Program-made: the position numbers and the translations under genes | The notes under the pieces: model-generated | What the model saw: the letters and a program-made list of their open reading frames with translations, nothing else | Database searches by the model: none | What the model was told of the DNA's origin: nothing | NCBI GenBank assembly: GCA_029260235.1 | Contig: JAJDDP010000015.1 | Coordinates: forward strand, 93,315-157,314 | Direction of reading: 5' to 3' | DNA length: 64,000 nt | Origin: Phycisphaerae bacterium | Lineage (GTDB): Bacteria; Planctomycetota; Phycisphaerae; UBA1845 | Part shown: in pieces, positions 31,699 to 41,762 of the stretch | Layout: every line of letters starts with the position of its first letter | Position numbering within the stretch: the stretch's first letter is position 1

Positions 31699-32108
31699 GC
31701 CAAACCTCCAAAGAAACCAGATGACTCGAATAACGAAACACGATGGCCTGCAAGGCGACGAATTGTCATACACCGCAAGCGCTAGCCCCGAACGACGCTG
31801 AGCGCGGTGCAGATCCCGGCCCGCCAGATCCACCCCCTAATTCTCAACTGCGCACTACGAGAACACGCAATCATACCACAAACCGATAACCCAATGTAAG
31901 GGCACCGATCATTCGCTAAAACGGAAAACCATCCGCCGAGTCACGGAATATTCCGAAAAAAGTGCTGCCGAACGGTTGGGTAGGTACTTTGGCCCTTCAC
32001 TGGATCGTCAGCGTCGGTTGGCCATAGGATAGGGGAAAGCCCAGGGCGAGTAGGAACGCCAAAACCGACCTACGGCAGCGCAACCTTTAGAATTCGGAGA
32101 GTCAGACA

Positions 32109-33032
32109 TTGGCTTGGCCACAGAAAAACCGAGGCTTTACGCTGATTGAGCTTCTAGTGGTCGTTGCGATCATTGCCTCGCTCGTCGCGCTGCTACTGCC
32201 CTCGCTCTCCAAGGCCAGAAACCAGGCCCGCGGGACAGCCTGCGCAGCCCAACTGCACAACCTCGGGCAAGGAATGATCATGTATGCCCACGACAATTCT
32301 GATCGCATGATCCCCGGCCGAATGCCAAAAGTCGACTCAGACAACTGGCGCGTCGGTATTATCGGCGGCGTGAAGTACCGACCGACCTTCCTGGCTATGA
32401 TGGGTGCCCAAGTCGGGTTGGTACCCTTCGACGATCCGCAAGCCTCCAAGAACGACATCGACCGCGACGGCGAAACCGGCGACCGACAGAATTATTCCGG
32501 CAGCGTCTACGTCTGCCCGCAGGTGGCCGACTGGACCGACGAACGAAACGGAGCTTATGGCTACAACTACCAATTCCTGGGCAATTCTCGCCTCACCGAC
32601 TCAGCCGACGTTACTTCCTTCAAGAATTGGCCCGTCAAGCTGAATGCGGTCCGCTCGCCGTCGGCCTGCGTAGCCATCGCCGACTGCATGGGGACCGCAG
32701 CCTCATTCAAGCCTCTCTACCGAAAGTCCTATAACAACAATTCCCGCGATAAGGATCGCTTCGGCAACGAAGGCTTCAACCTCGACCCGCCCAAGGTAGA
32801 TGCCACCAACGGAGAGATGGCTGGCTTCACCTCATCACCGCAAGTCCGCACCGCCCTGGACGAACGCCACAACAACCGAGGCAACGCCCTATGGGTAGAC
32901 GGCCACACCAGCACCGAAACACTCAAGTCGCTAGGCTACCAACTGAACGAAGACGAGACGGTAGGCCTAAACGGCAACAACCGAAAATGGAACATCAACC
33001 AAAAAGACGAAGCCTGGGTGCAAGGAGAGTAG
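32109..33032 (+). CDS. DUF1559 / H-X9-DG prepilin-type N-terminal cleavage-methylation domain protein
   Basis: The N-terminus [31 protein letters not shown] is a class-III signal. The C-terminus has [14 protein letters not shown] (H-X9-DG). The start is TTG with GGAGAG 8 nt upstream. Confidence 0.85.
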   Translation: MAWPQKNRGFTLIELLVVVAIIASLVALLLPSLSKARNQARGTACAAQLHNLGQGMIMYAHDNSDRMIPGRMPKVDSDNWRVGIIGGVKYRPTFLAMMGAQVGLVPFDDPQASKNDIDRDGETGDRQNYSGSVYVCPQVADWTDERNGAYGYNYQFLGNSRLTDSADVTSFKNWPVKLNAVRSPSACVAIADCMGTAASFKPLYRKSYNNNSRDKDRFGNEGFNLDPPKVDATNGEMAGFTSSPQVRTALDERHNNRGNALWVDGHTSTETLKSLGYQLNEDETVGLNGNNRKWNINQKDEAWVQGE

Positions 33033-33251
33033 GGGACGTACCATCAAGTAGCGCACATAGGTCCACCCGCAACCACAGAAGAGATTCTTCCCGCCCCCTG
33101 TTCTCACCCAAGAGTGGCGAGACCAGGGCGCGGTTTCCCAAGTGTGGCCGCCGTGCCCTAGAATGGTCGGCAGTAACTGCTCGCCCAAGCGACGAATGGA
33201 ACCACCGGCGGTGGCGGCTCTGCCCGACTGACTATTCAGAGGAGACAAACG

Positions 33252-34547
33252 ATGTCCCGCGTTCTTTCGACGATTCTGGTCATCTCGTTCTTATCGAGCC
33301 CGGCTCATAGCCAAGACACCAAGACAAGCGATGGCCCTGCCAAGAGCGTCTCTTCGGGTGCGGATTGGACAAAATGGGGAGGACCGAGCGGCGACTTCAC
33401 GGTCTATGGCAAGGATCTTCTCGAAGAGTGGCCTGCCGAGGGGCCTAAGCAGCTTTGGAAGCGGCCGTTCGGCGAAGGATATTCGTCGATTCTGTTCAAA
33501 GACGGCAAGCTCTACGCGACTTTCAGCACGCAAGCTGAAGAAGTGGTTGTTTCGCTCGATGCGTCAACGGGTGCCACGAATTGGGAGCACCGCGCCGCCC
33601 GCACGGTTTGGGACGACATGCGCGTCGGGTTCGGCCTGGGTCCGAATGCGACTCCGCTCATCGCAGGGGATCGAATCGTCTCGATCGGCATCGCCGGCCA
33701 CCTAACCTGCCTCGATTTGACAACTGGGGAACTTCTGTGGGAGCACCACCTGTCCGAAGAGTTTGGCCGTCGCAGGCGGGTAGAAGAATACGGTTACTCA
33801 GCCAGCCCGCTTCTCTACAATAACAAGATCCTCGTGCGAGTTGGCGGCGACGATTACGCCGTCGTAGCCTTCGAACCCAAGGAAGGGTCGCTGGCATGGA
33901 AGAGTGAAGCCGGCGGAATCAGCTACGGAGCAGCTTCTATCACAAAGCTGGCTGGGCAAGATCAGTTTATCTACTTCGAACCCGAGGGTGTCGTAGCCCT
34001 CAATCCCGCGAACGGAAAGCTGCTCTGGCGCTGGCCAATCACCTTTAGTAACGGCAATCACCTAACGCCTACAGTCAAGTGCGACGACAACAACCTGTTT
34101 GTCGCCAGTCAGTTCAGCACCGGCGGCGGGCGTCTGCTGAACATCACCAAAGAGAACGACAAGTTCAAGATCAAGGAAATCTGGTTCACCTCGAAACTGA
34201 GAGCCTCCTGCTGGACCCATATCAAGATCGGCGACTACATCTACGGATCAGCCGGCGGACACGAAGTCTCTTTCTTGGCTGCGTTCAACTGGCGAACCGG
34301 AAAACTCGCCTGGCGCAAGCGCGGCTTCCACATGGCCCAATGCCTCTACGCAGACGGCAAGCTCATCATCCTCGATCAAGACGGAACGCTTAGGCTGCTC
34401 AGCGTGTCACCCGAGGAGCACGAGATACACGGCAGCGTCAAGATCACCGAACGCACATCATGGACAGCCCCAACCTTAGTCGGCACCAAACTCTTCGTGC
34501 GAGACCGCAAGAACCTCCTCGCGCTTGAGCTTGCCCAGACTCCCTGA
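33252..34547 (+). CDS. Secreted PQQ-like (BamB-type) beta-propeller repeat protein
   Basis: GAGGAG RBS and a signal peptide. Repeated W/G-rich blades are present (…ATNWEH…, …GELLWEH…, …GSLAWKS…, …GKLLWRW…, …GKLAWRK…). Confidence 0.8.
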   Translation: MSRVLSTILVISFLSSPAHSQDTKTSDGPAKSVSSGADWTKWGGPSGDFTVYGKDLLEEWPAEGPKQLWKRPFGEGYSSILFKDGKLYATFSTQAEEVVVSLDASTGATNWEHRAARTVWDDMRVGFGLGPNATPLIAGDRIVSIGIAGHLTCLDLTTGELLWEHHLSEEFGRRRRVEEYGYSASPLLYNNKILVRVGGDDYAVVAFEPKEGSLAWKSEAGGISYGAASITKLAGQDQFIYFEPEGVVALNPANGKLLWRWPITFSNGNHLTPTVKCDDNNLFVASQFSTGGGRLLNITKENDKFKIKEIWFTSKLRASCWTHIKIGDYIYGSAGGHEVSFLAAFNWRTGKLAWRKRGFHMAQCLYADGKLIILDQDGTLRLLSVSPEEHEIHGSVKITERTSWTAPTLVGTKLFVRDRKNLLALELAQTP

Positions 34548-34579
34548 GGGTGAAGACCCCCGGGTCGTTTCCTGTTCCC

Positions 34580-35035
34580 TCATGGAATCCACTCAATGAA
34601 TTCGCTTTCGTAGCGGTCTAGATACTCTTCCAAACACTGTTCAACCTGCTCGGTGCAGACATTGAACGCCTGATCGAGCTCGAACAAATCCACCTCATCG
34701 TATCCATCGATGAACTGCTCGATCGTTTCGGGGCGGCGACCGTCTTGGGGAAGTATTGCCAATGCGCGGGAGAGAATCTCTGCCTGAACTTTAGCGCCCA
34801 CTTCGCGCAAGGCATCGATGACCTCGATGTGGTCGTAGTGGGCCAAGTTGCAGAAGTACTGCCAGTGGCCACCGTTGTGGACCTCACTCATGTACCAATA
34901 GGCGAGATGAGCTGACCGCTGAATCGGCGTCAGCTCATCCAGCTCTGAAAGCGACAGCAACGAGATCATGGCGTTCCAACGCTCACCCTGGAATTTCTCG
35001 TACGCTTCCCTGCTTACTTTGTTCGGTACGGCCAT
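34580..35035 (-). CDS. DMP19/DUF4375-family (DNA-mimic-like) protein
   Basis: 151 aa, acidic and helical. The family-typical core is YWYMSEVHNGGHWQYFCN. The gene is visibly lower in G+C than its flanks. Confidence 0.7.
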   Translation of the reverse strand: MAVPNKVSREAYEKFQGERWNAMISLLSLSELDELTPIQRSAHLAYWYMSEVHNGGHWQYFCNLAHYDHIEVIDALREVGAKVQAEILSRALAILPQDGRRPETIEQFIDGYDEVDLFELDQAFNVCTEQVEQCLEEYLDRYESEFIEWIP

Positions 35036-35253
35036 GTTCTTATGTCCTGGAGGACTGATGATCGACGGCCTGCAAGTCCATGTCAGGAGGATTTCAATGG
35101 CCTCCCCAAAGGCGTTCCCTGCCGCGGCAATAAAAAATCGATGGTGTCATCTGGATGATTCATGCGGCCCCCTGGAAAGCCGCTTGGTGGTCCAGAAAGC
35201 TAGAACCCCACGCCAGTGGCCGAGACAATTCATGCTGGCGTCGCCTGATCGAT

Positions 35254-35958
35254 CTACGCTTCCATGCCTCGTGGCCAAAGGAAGTAGGGGCCATATTTCT
35301 TAGAAAATCGGAACTCGCCTCCGGTTTCCTTCCCCAGGTCAGTGAGTTTCAATTGGTCTCCATCCTGCTCAAGGAATCCTTTGGCTACCAGCTTATCCGT
35401 CAGTTCTGCCGTCTTAATTCCCGAGGCCTTGGCAAGCTTGGACGTTGTGAGTTTTTCGTACCCAGCTGAGGGCTTAGCCTCTCGTTGCTCCTCCTGCTTG
35501 TCAGGTTCCTCGACCCTCTCTGCCAAGAGCCGCACCTGATCACTAACACGGATCAGTCGCTGGGCCTCCTCATATGCATCTTGATACAAGTCCGGTTCGT
35601 GTTCCCGCTCTATATACACGCCCATTTCATTGTTGTTGACCTGGCTGAAGTCATAGAGATTCATCGATGTGATGATAGCTGCCTGCTCATGCAGGTAGCA
35701 CTTTGCATGAAGATGCTGGCAAAAACTCGTCCGCACGAATTCAAGCGAACACAGCCAGTTGATCTCTTTCGGGGCCAATTCGCTTTTGCCATAGACGATC
35801 CGCACGTCGATCTTCATTCGGTCTTTGTCAGTCAGGAGTTCCTTGATCCTATCATCGAACTTGAGAAAGGGGCTGATGATGATCAACCGCTCCCTTGCAG
35901 CCTTGATCAGTTCCTCCAGGTAGTAATTAGTCGCACTCGTGTTTAGAAATTTGGCCAT
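35254..35958 (-). CDS. Phospholipase-D-superfamily (single HKD) nuclease with a C-terminal topoisomerase-IA-repeat-like DNA-binding tail
   Basis: The HKD-type motif is HAKCYLHEQAAIITSMNLYD (H-x-K-x4-[D/E]-x6-[ST]S-x-N). The C-terminal ~70 aa (…LTDKLVAKGFLEQDGDQLKLTDLGKETGGEFRFSKKYGPYFLW) resemble the Toprim_C repeat (…GR[FY]GPY…). GGAAGGA lies 7 nt upstream of the ATG. The gene is visibly AT-richer than neighbouring genes. Confidence 0.75.
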   Translation of the reverse strand: MAKFLNTSATNYYLEELIKAARERLIIISPFLKFDDRIKELLTDKDRMKIDVRIVYGKSELAPKEINWLCSLEFVRTSFCQHLHAKCYLHEQAAIITSMNLYDFSQVNNNEMGVYIEREHEPDLYQDAYEEAQRLIRVSDQVRLLAERVEEPDKQEEQREAKPSAGYEKLTTSKLAKASGIKTAELTDKLVAKGFLEQDGDQLKLTDLGKETGGEFRFSKKYGPYFLWPRGMEA

Positions 35959-36120
35959 GTGCCATTCCTTCCGATGTTATTCTGAACCGCATCCAGGATA
36001 ACCGGCGATCGTCGCTTTTGGAATCTGTGCAGGTGGATGAAGAGACTTGAGAGTGACAGAATCACGGCCTGCGGTTGCCGGCCGCGGAAATGAGCATCTC
36101 AGCCGGACGCTGCACGCAGC

Positions 36121-36807
36121 CTAGGATTCAGCAGGATCATCCGACTCATCCGCGTCATCTTGGAATTCAAGCTTTGGTTCCGGCGGTTTTGGCAGGCTTT
36201 CTACGGTGGGTAGATCTTTTAGGGAGGCTAGGCCAAAGACTTCCAGGAATTTCTTGGTGGTGCCGTACAGCATGGGTCTGCCCACTATTTCTGCTCGGCC
36301 TACGATCTTTACCAGGCCCATCTCTCTTAGGCGGTTGACCATATCGCCTACGGCTACGCCGCGCACCGCCTCGATGTCTGCTCGAAGGGCTGGCTGCTTG
36401 TAGGCGATGACCGCTAATGTCTCTAGGGCTGCCCCGGTGAGCTTTGTTTCTCGCCGGACGGTCATCAGCTTGCCCACCCATTTGTGGTAGGCCGGCAGGG
36501 TGAGCATCTGGAATCCGCCGGCGACTTCCTCGACACGGAAGGATGCCCGAGCGACTTCGTACTGTTCATTCAGGGCGGCGATATATTTCCGCATCTCCCG
36601 GGCGTCGCCGGTGCCCACGATTTGGGCGAGCTTGGAGACGGGCAGCGGGGTGTCCGTGGCAAACAGCACTGCCTCAACGATGGATCGGGTGCTGATTTCG
36701 ATAGATGAGTCTTGGCAGGGTTCGTCCTGGGCGTCGCCAAGGACGCCATCCTGTTCTACGGCGTCGGGGCATTCATCGCTGATTGTTGGGTCCGGGTCGA
36801 TGCTCAT
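36121..36807 (-). CDS. scpB: Segregation and condensation protein B
   Basis: Motifs seen: IVEAVLFATDTPLPVSKLAQIV, EVAGGFQMLT, LETLAVIAYKQPALRADIEAVRGV, and LVKIVGRAEIVGRPMLYGTTKKFLEVFGL. The start is uncertain (ATG 36807 or 36849). The 37095 start in the ORF track adds an implausible Arg/Ser-rich leader. Confidence 0.85.
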   Translation of the reverse strand: MSIDPDPTISDECPDAVEQDGVLGDAQDEPCQDSSIEISTRSIVEAVLFATDTPLPVSKLAQIVGTGDAREMRKYIAALNEQYEVARASFRVEEVAGGFQMLTLPAYHKWVGKLMTVRRETKLTGAALETLAVIAYKQPALRADIEAVRGVAVGDMVNRLREMGLVKIVGRAEIVGRPMLYGTTKKFLEVFGLASLKDLPTVESLPKPPEPKLEFQDDADESDDPAES

Positions 36808-37131
36808 AGCGCCTGGAATGATAGCCGCATTCGGCTTCCTTGGCACCATGAAAAAAGTTGTTCGGGTAGGATTCAAAATGAGACCAGATCGAAAAGGCGT
36901 TCGCGCGGGCAGCGAGGCTAGTGCAAGAGAACCTTGGGCTAGCAAGGGACGTGAGCGGTTTGGATGGCTTCCCCCTCCGTCGCCGCTCACGTCACCTTGG
37001 TGCCCACTCCTCCTCCAAGCGGAAGCATTTCGGGACCTCCCTTCCCGGTACGAGTTAGCCCTCCGACTAAGCGGCCACCTCGTGGCCTTACACAATTCCC
37101 ACCATCATCTGGACAAAGAAGAGGCCGACCC

Positions 37132-37785
37132 TTAGCCCTTCCTTTTCTGATTGCTTCTTTCCAATCCCGGCCTGACCAACGCATCCCTCCAAGCCATCCG
37201 TCGGCAGCACTGATGGGCCTCAGCCCATCGCCCGGAAAGCACCAAATCAGCCAACAAATCAGTGTCCGTCCGATCCCCTACGAAAGTGGGGTTGTGATCA
37301 TGGGGTATTGCAGAATTCATGCGGGATTGAGATGGAGCAACTTGGTCGCCCGGCATTGCGGCTAAGCCCGCCCAACCCTTCGGCGGGACGCTCAGCGAAG
37401 CCGCGGACTGGCTGTGTTCCAAAACCGCGAACACAGCCAGCGCACGTTCGTCTTGCCTTGCGAGGATCAGGAGCACGCCGAGGATGCCCACTTCGGCAGC
37501 GGATGATTCGTTCAACCGTAGCCGCCTTGGAATGTCCTCAAGCAGACGATGCCATTTGCCCGCATCGTTGCCCACCCCCACCTCGCACAATTCAACCAGA
37601 CCGATACCCAGGGCCATCACATAATTCCGAAATGTCGGTACCCGCAAAAACCCGGCGACCGCTAAAGATGCATGTCGTGCGCCGACGTCGCCGAATCGGC
37701 CACAACGTGTGGGGAGATGTTCTACGAATGGATTTACACCTGAGGCAGCGTGCCCGCGCACATCCGCTGGACCAACGAAGCCCAA
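37132..37785 (-). CDS. Hypothetical protein (weak call)
   Basis: Of the overlapping ORFs here, only this one has a non-pathological composition; the plus-strand alternatives are Arg/Pro-rich shadows. I saw no motif and no clear RBS. Confidence 0.25.
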   Translation of the reverse strand: MGFVGPADVRGHAASGVNPFVEHLPTRCGRFGDVGARHASLAVAGFLRVPTFRNYVMALGIGLVELCEVGVGNDAGKWHRLLEDIPRRLRLNESSAAEVGILGVLLILARQDERALAVFAVLEHSQSAASLSVPPKGWAGLAAMPGDQVAPSQSRMNSAIPHDHNPTFVGDRTDTDLLADLVLSGRWAEAHQCCRRMAWRDALVRPGLERSNQKRKG

Positions 37786-37877
37786 CGTCCCTCATGCGCC
37801 AATGTTCGGATAAGCCAACGCTATCCAGATTGAGCCAACTGTTCACCGAAGTGACGGCACGTTCCCTTTGCCGCCAC

Positions 37878-38258
37878 CTAGTTATTATTTGTCGCAAACC
37901 GCACAAGGCAAGCACGATTTTGAACTGTTTGCAAAAAATACATGGTTGGTAAGCTCGGCGACAAGGTCGCGGCTGTACAGCTCTTCCCTAACTTGCCGAA
38001 TGGCCATGCCGAATCGAACGAAGACGCGACGCGATTGTGCTCAGAATTGAATTGTTGGTCTCTGCCCACCAATTGCCGCGTTTGGGGCATAGTTAGCGGG
38101 CCGACGTCCAGACGTTTGGGATGACAGGCTATTGCACTGGCGTAATCAAAGTACCAAGGGATAGGGAAATGGTTTCGTTCAGTGTTGTTCAAGTCTTGAC
38201 GATCTACCACCGCGAACCACACGGCGCCCATGGAATTCGCCAATGGATGCTCGGGCAT
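37878..38258 (-). pseudogene. Possible frameshifted or eroded gene in an AT-richer patch
   Basis: A 126-aa ORF is followed, in another frame, by a 51-codon open stretch ending in a 40-aa ATG ORF (37885-38007: MAIRQVREELYSRDLVAELTNHVFFANSSKSCLPCAVCDK) that reads more protein-like than the tail of the annotated frame. This suggests a frameshift near 38040. No family was recognised. Confidence 0.25.
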
Positions 38259-38282
38259 ACAGTAGCTCTTGGGCCGGGATGA

Positions 38283-41200
38283 TTAGCGACCAAACACGGT
38301 ACTACCGGGTGCGTTGATGTCACCGGTCTTGCGGTTCCATTCGATGAGTTTGGCCTTGAGTCCAGTGAAGCGGCTGCGCTGATCGTAGATGGAGGCCATC
38401 TCGCGGTCGCCGCCCCAAAGAGTCATCGTTGTACTGTCTGCGTCGTAGGTGACCTTTTGGGCCAAGACGACAATGCCTGAATCCTGAAAATGGACCTGCC
38501 CATCAGCCTGGAAGCGGGAGAGGGCATAGCCGCTCATCTCCCCGGCGCCGCTCTCTTGACGGGCTGCACCTGCGTCACCCTTTTGGAATTGGACGGCTAA
38601 TTCGTTGCAGGTCAGTGCAGCATTCCGCCCACCCCTAAAGCCCGAGGCCAGTGCCGCTGAGTAAGTGGCACTGCCGACGACATCTTTGCTTAGGAGAGTT
38701 TCGGCGCCGCTTAGGTGCATCATCTCAACGTCCTTGCTAAAGAAGGCTGCCTGGCGTCCGTAGTAGTAGGACATCTGTCCAGTCCAGGAGATGAAGGTTT
38801 GTGACGGCTTGCCCACGTTCATGCCTCCGAACGGGGATCGGTCTTCAACTGGCGAAGCTTTCTTGACTTGTTCAATGCTGGGCAGCTCGTAGTCTTCGAT
38901 GAGTAAGTTGCCCGCATCCTCGACAGTCATCGCCTCAGCCCGAAGATCGACCAGAATTTTCGGCCCTTCGATGCGTCCGCGGCTCAAGGTTCTGCCCGTG
39001 CCCGGTTCGGATTTGGTGGTCAGCGCCACGGCGCCGCCGGCTGCCTGAAGGTAGATAGGTTCTTTACCGAAGTTGGCTGCAAAGGCGGGGCGGCTGGAAT
39101 CACCGCTGCCAAACAGGTCGGACGCTCTTGCAACCAAGGGTGCAAAAACCCACCAGTCAGCCCCGTTCTTCTTGTCCGCCGACATGACCGTAGTTTCTAG
39201 CTTATCAGCAAAGACAATGGTCATTTCGCCACAGTCAAAGGTGCTGTCTTTGGTGGCTGCATGAACATCGCCGGTGATCACCGCCCGCTCGGTGGAGCCG
39301 CGGTAGACCATGCTCTCGCTCCAGGTGACAGCAACTGGCACCGGGCGATCCAGGACACGTCCGTCCAAGTCTCGGCTCGAGCGGAAGGTCATCCTACCTG
39401 CACCCGGAACCTCGGTAGACTCAGTGCCCACGTTGACGAAGATCTCTCCGCCGGTGATCGAGTAATCGCCCATCTCGACATAGGCGGGCGAGAAGGGGTC
39501 TCCGGTGACGGTGGCTTTGTCGATATCCCGACCGTCCTTGAAGGTGCAGTCCAACGCTTGAGCAGTCAGGTCGAAACGCTGCTTGGGGTCGTGGACGGCC
39601 ACGCCGCCGAAAGCTTCAAGCCGCAGAATCCCCGGGCGGAATTCGTCTTGGCTTTCGTACTTGATCCGTTGGGCTTCCCAATCGACCTCGTCGGGATTGA
39701 ACCCGCGATCGACAGCCGTCGATCGGGCAACCTCGATATCCCACGGTGCTTTTTCGACCCGGAATGAGCGTAGAGTGACCAGCATTTTTTCGCCGGCAGT
39801 GATTTGCCGCTCGTCCTGAGTGGCGACCACGTGGCCAAAAGCGCGGGCGAGCCTTGGCGAGGTTCGCCCGCCCTCGTCCACGCCCATCTGCACATCGATG
39901 CGGTCACACTTGACCGAATCCTGCCCATGGATAAGCACCACGCTGCCTTCCCCTTGCAGGCGCTCGATGGTGTCTGCGAATGAGTTGCCATTCTGTGGCA
40001 GGGCGAAGGAGACCTCGATCCGCTCGCCAGCCAGAAAATCGGCCGCTTGTCGCATCTCGACCGAGCCGGTCAGAATCGCGTGTTTGAGATAACGCCGCCT
40101 CTTGGCGACAAGTTCGAGTGTTTCAGGATCGATGGATTCGACCAGCTCAGCCGCAAAGACCGCGTTGATTTCATCTTGGAAGCGGATGTCCACCTCGTCG
40201 CTGCTGCCGTCACTCCGAACGGCACCGCCGCTGCTATCAGCCATTCTTCCCGGGCCCATGATCTGGGCTGTCCCATGCTTGATGTCGAAGTCCATCTCCG
40301 GTGACTCGATGAGACCCCCATCTGAGGTAGTGACCACCGCTGGCGACTCGGGCGTGCCGTACAACCAAGCGTGATCGTCACCATCGTGGTAGATCATCTT
40401 GCTGCAGCGGACAGCCGCTTGGTTAACCTGGACCAAGCGAACCTCTTTCCCGGTTGCAGTCATCTTAATTCCGGCTGATTTCTTGGGGGTCTGGCCGGCG
40501 TCGGTCGGTTCGACCCTCTCGAGGACTTCGACAACTAGAGGCCCTGCCCAAGTCAGGATCATCTCGTCCTGCGTGGAAGTTTCTGCCTCAGCCTCTGCAC
40601 CGTCATTACCTGCTGGCTGGGATTCGGCGGCGGCGCCGCTATCCCCTGGTGATGCCGTACGCGTCTTGGCTTGACTGCGTTCCTTCTGACCGAACTCGAA
40701 CTCAACTTCGAGCAAGTCAGCCATCAGACTGCTGGCCAATCCGCTCTGGGCAAACTGCCGGACATCGACCTCCTGGTTGAACACAGCGCTGTATCTGAGG
40801 GTGGGATGCTTCTTTCGCTTCTTCTGGGGCAGCGACAAGATGGGGATCCCATCGTCCGGCAGCATTTGCGCCGGCGTCGTATCGACCAACGCTTCGTCAG
40901 CAGCTTCCTCAGCCTCACCCGACTTTGTTGAGCGGGGTTTGGCGGAAGACTCCTCGCTGCCAGGCAAGGCGATTTTGAACTGACTGCCCAGGCTTCTAGC
41001 GACAATACGCCCCTGGCTGCTGATTTCCAAATGATCGATGCTGGCATCGACTTCGTTGTAGCGGACCAGCAAACCGATGCCATTGAGATCGATTTCCTTG
41101 GACGTCAATCGGAAAGGTCCGGTCGTGCCAATGCGTGAGTGCTCGCGATCAAACTCCAACTCGTCCATGGAGATGGTGACCAAACGATCCGGCGTCGGGT

Positions 41201-41741
41201 TATCCCGTTCCTCTTCGGTCAGGGCAGCCCGACCTTTTTCATCCAGGCGATCTATCTGGATCTTTACTGAACCGACCAGCGTACCGCCCAGCATGTCCGG
41301 TCGGCCCGCATCCTTCTCGGTGATCCTTACGAAACCCTGCTCTGCGCTAATGGTGATGCGCTGGCCGTTGGGCGTACGCATGCGCATGGTAAGAGCTTGG
41401 ACGTGGACTTGATTGTCGCTTCCCGGGATTGGCTTCCACTCCGCGCACGAAATGGTCGCCACAGCCTGATCGCCTTGTTGGTCATAGAGGGAGATGGTGA
41501 CTCCCGTGCCGCCGCGGACTTCGACACCCGGGTCAAGTTCCACACTGCCGTCGCCTTGGTCTGCGGAGTTAGATGTTGCAATTGGCCCCAAATCGCGTTG
41601 GACAGCCTCAGGTGCGTCTCCCAGCCCAGGCCCCCCTTGGACGGATTGATAGACGGCGAACAGCACGCCCACGATAGCCAGGGTGGCAGAACCTAAGATC
41701 AGAGTGCGAATTAAGGCGTAGGCCCTAGGATGGTTCATCAT
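38283..41741 (-). CDS. Very large N-terminally membrane-anchored periplasmic protein; putative LptC/LptA(OstA)-like multi-repeat protein
   Basis: 1152 aa with a single N-terminal TM helix (LIRTLILGSATLAIVGVLFAV). Beta-rich segments repeat with an LptA/OstA-like feel; the last ~110 aa are an example (LTCNELAVQFQ…ADGQVHFQDSGIVVLAQKVTYDADSTTMTLWG…ASIYD…GLKAKLIEWNRKTGDI). An acidic low-complexity linker sits mid-protein. It starts 21 nt downstream of kdsC. The CDS is confident; the function is inferred. Confidence 0.6.
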   Translation of the reverse strand: MMNHPRAYALIRTLILGSATLAIVGVLFAVYQSVQGGPGLGDAPEAVQRDLGPIATSNSADQGDGSVELDPGVEVRGGTGVTISLYDQQGDQAVATISCAEWKPIPGSDNQVHVQALTMRMRTPNGQRITISAEQGFVRITEKDAGRPDMLGGTLVGSVKIQIDRLDEKGRAALTEEERDNPTPDRLVTISMDELEFDREHSRIGTTGPFRLTSKEIDLNGIGLLVRYNEVDASIDHLEISSQGRIVARSLGSQFKIALPGSEESSAKPRSTKSGEAEEAADEALVDTTPAQMLPDDGIPILSLPQKKRKKHPTLRYSAVFNQEVDVRQFAQSGLASSLMADLLEVEFEFGQKERSQAKTRTASPGDSGAAAESQPAGNDGAEAEAETSTQDEMILTWAGPLVVEVLERVEPTDAGQTPKKSAGIKMTATGKEVRLVQVNQAAVRCSKMIYHDGDDHAWLYGTPESPAVVTTSDGGLIESPEMDFDIKHGTAQIMGPGRMADSSGGAVRSDGSSDEVDIRFQDEINAVFAAELVESIDPETLELVAKRRRYLKHAILTGSVEMRQAADFLAGERIEVSFALPQNGNSFADTIERLQGEGSVVLIHGQDSVKCDRIDVQMGVDEGGRTSPRLARAFGHVVATQDERQITAGEKMLVTLRSFRVEKAPWDIEVARSTAVDRGFNPDEVDWEAQRIKYESQDEFRPGILRLEAFGGVAVHDPKQRFDLTAQALDCTFKDGRDIDKATVTGDPFSPAYVEMGDYSITGGEIFVNVGTESTEVPGAGRMTFRSSRDLDGRVLDRPVPVAVTWSESMVYRGSTERAVITGDVHAATKDSTFDCGEMTIVFADKLETTVMSADKKNGADWWVFAPLVARASDLFGSGDSSRPAFAANFGKEPIYLQAAGGAVALTTKSEPGTGRTLSRGRIEGPKILVDLRAEAMTVEDAGNLLIEDYELPSIEQVKKASPVEDRSPFGGMNVGKPSQTFISWTGQMSYYYGRQAAFFSKDVEMMHLSGAETLLSKDVVGSATYSAALASGFRGGRNAALTCNELAVQFQKGDAGAARQESGAGEMSGYALSRFQADGQVHFQDSGIVVLAQKVTYDADSTTMTLWGGDREMASIYDQRSRFTGLKAKLIEWNRKTGDINAPGSTVFGR

Positions 41742-41762
41742 GAGAATTGCTCTTGGTACCGG

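Noticed and set aside
36964-37952. Plus-strand ORFs 36964-37365 and 37308-37952
   Set aside because: They are extremely Pro/Arg-rich with no motif or RBS, so they are probably frame artefacts. The region is reported as ambiguous instead.
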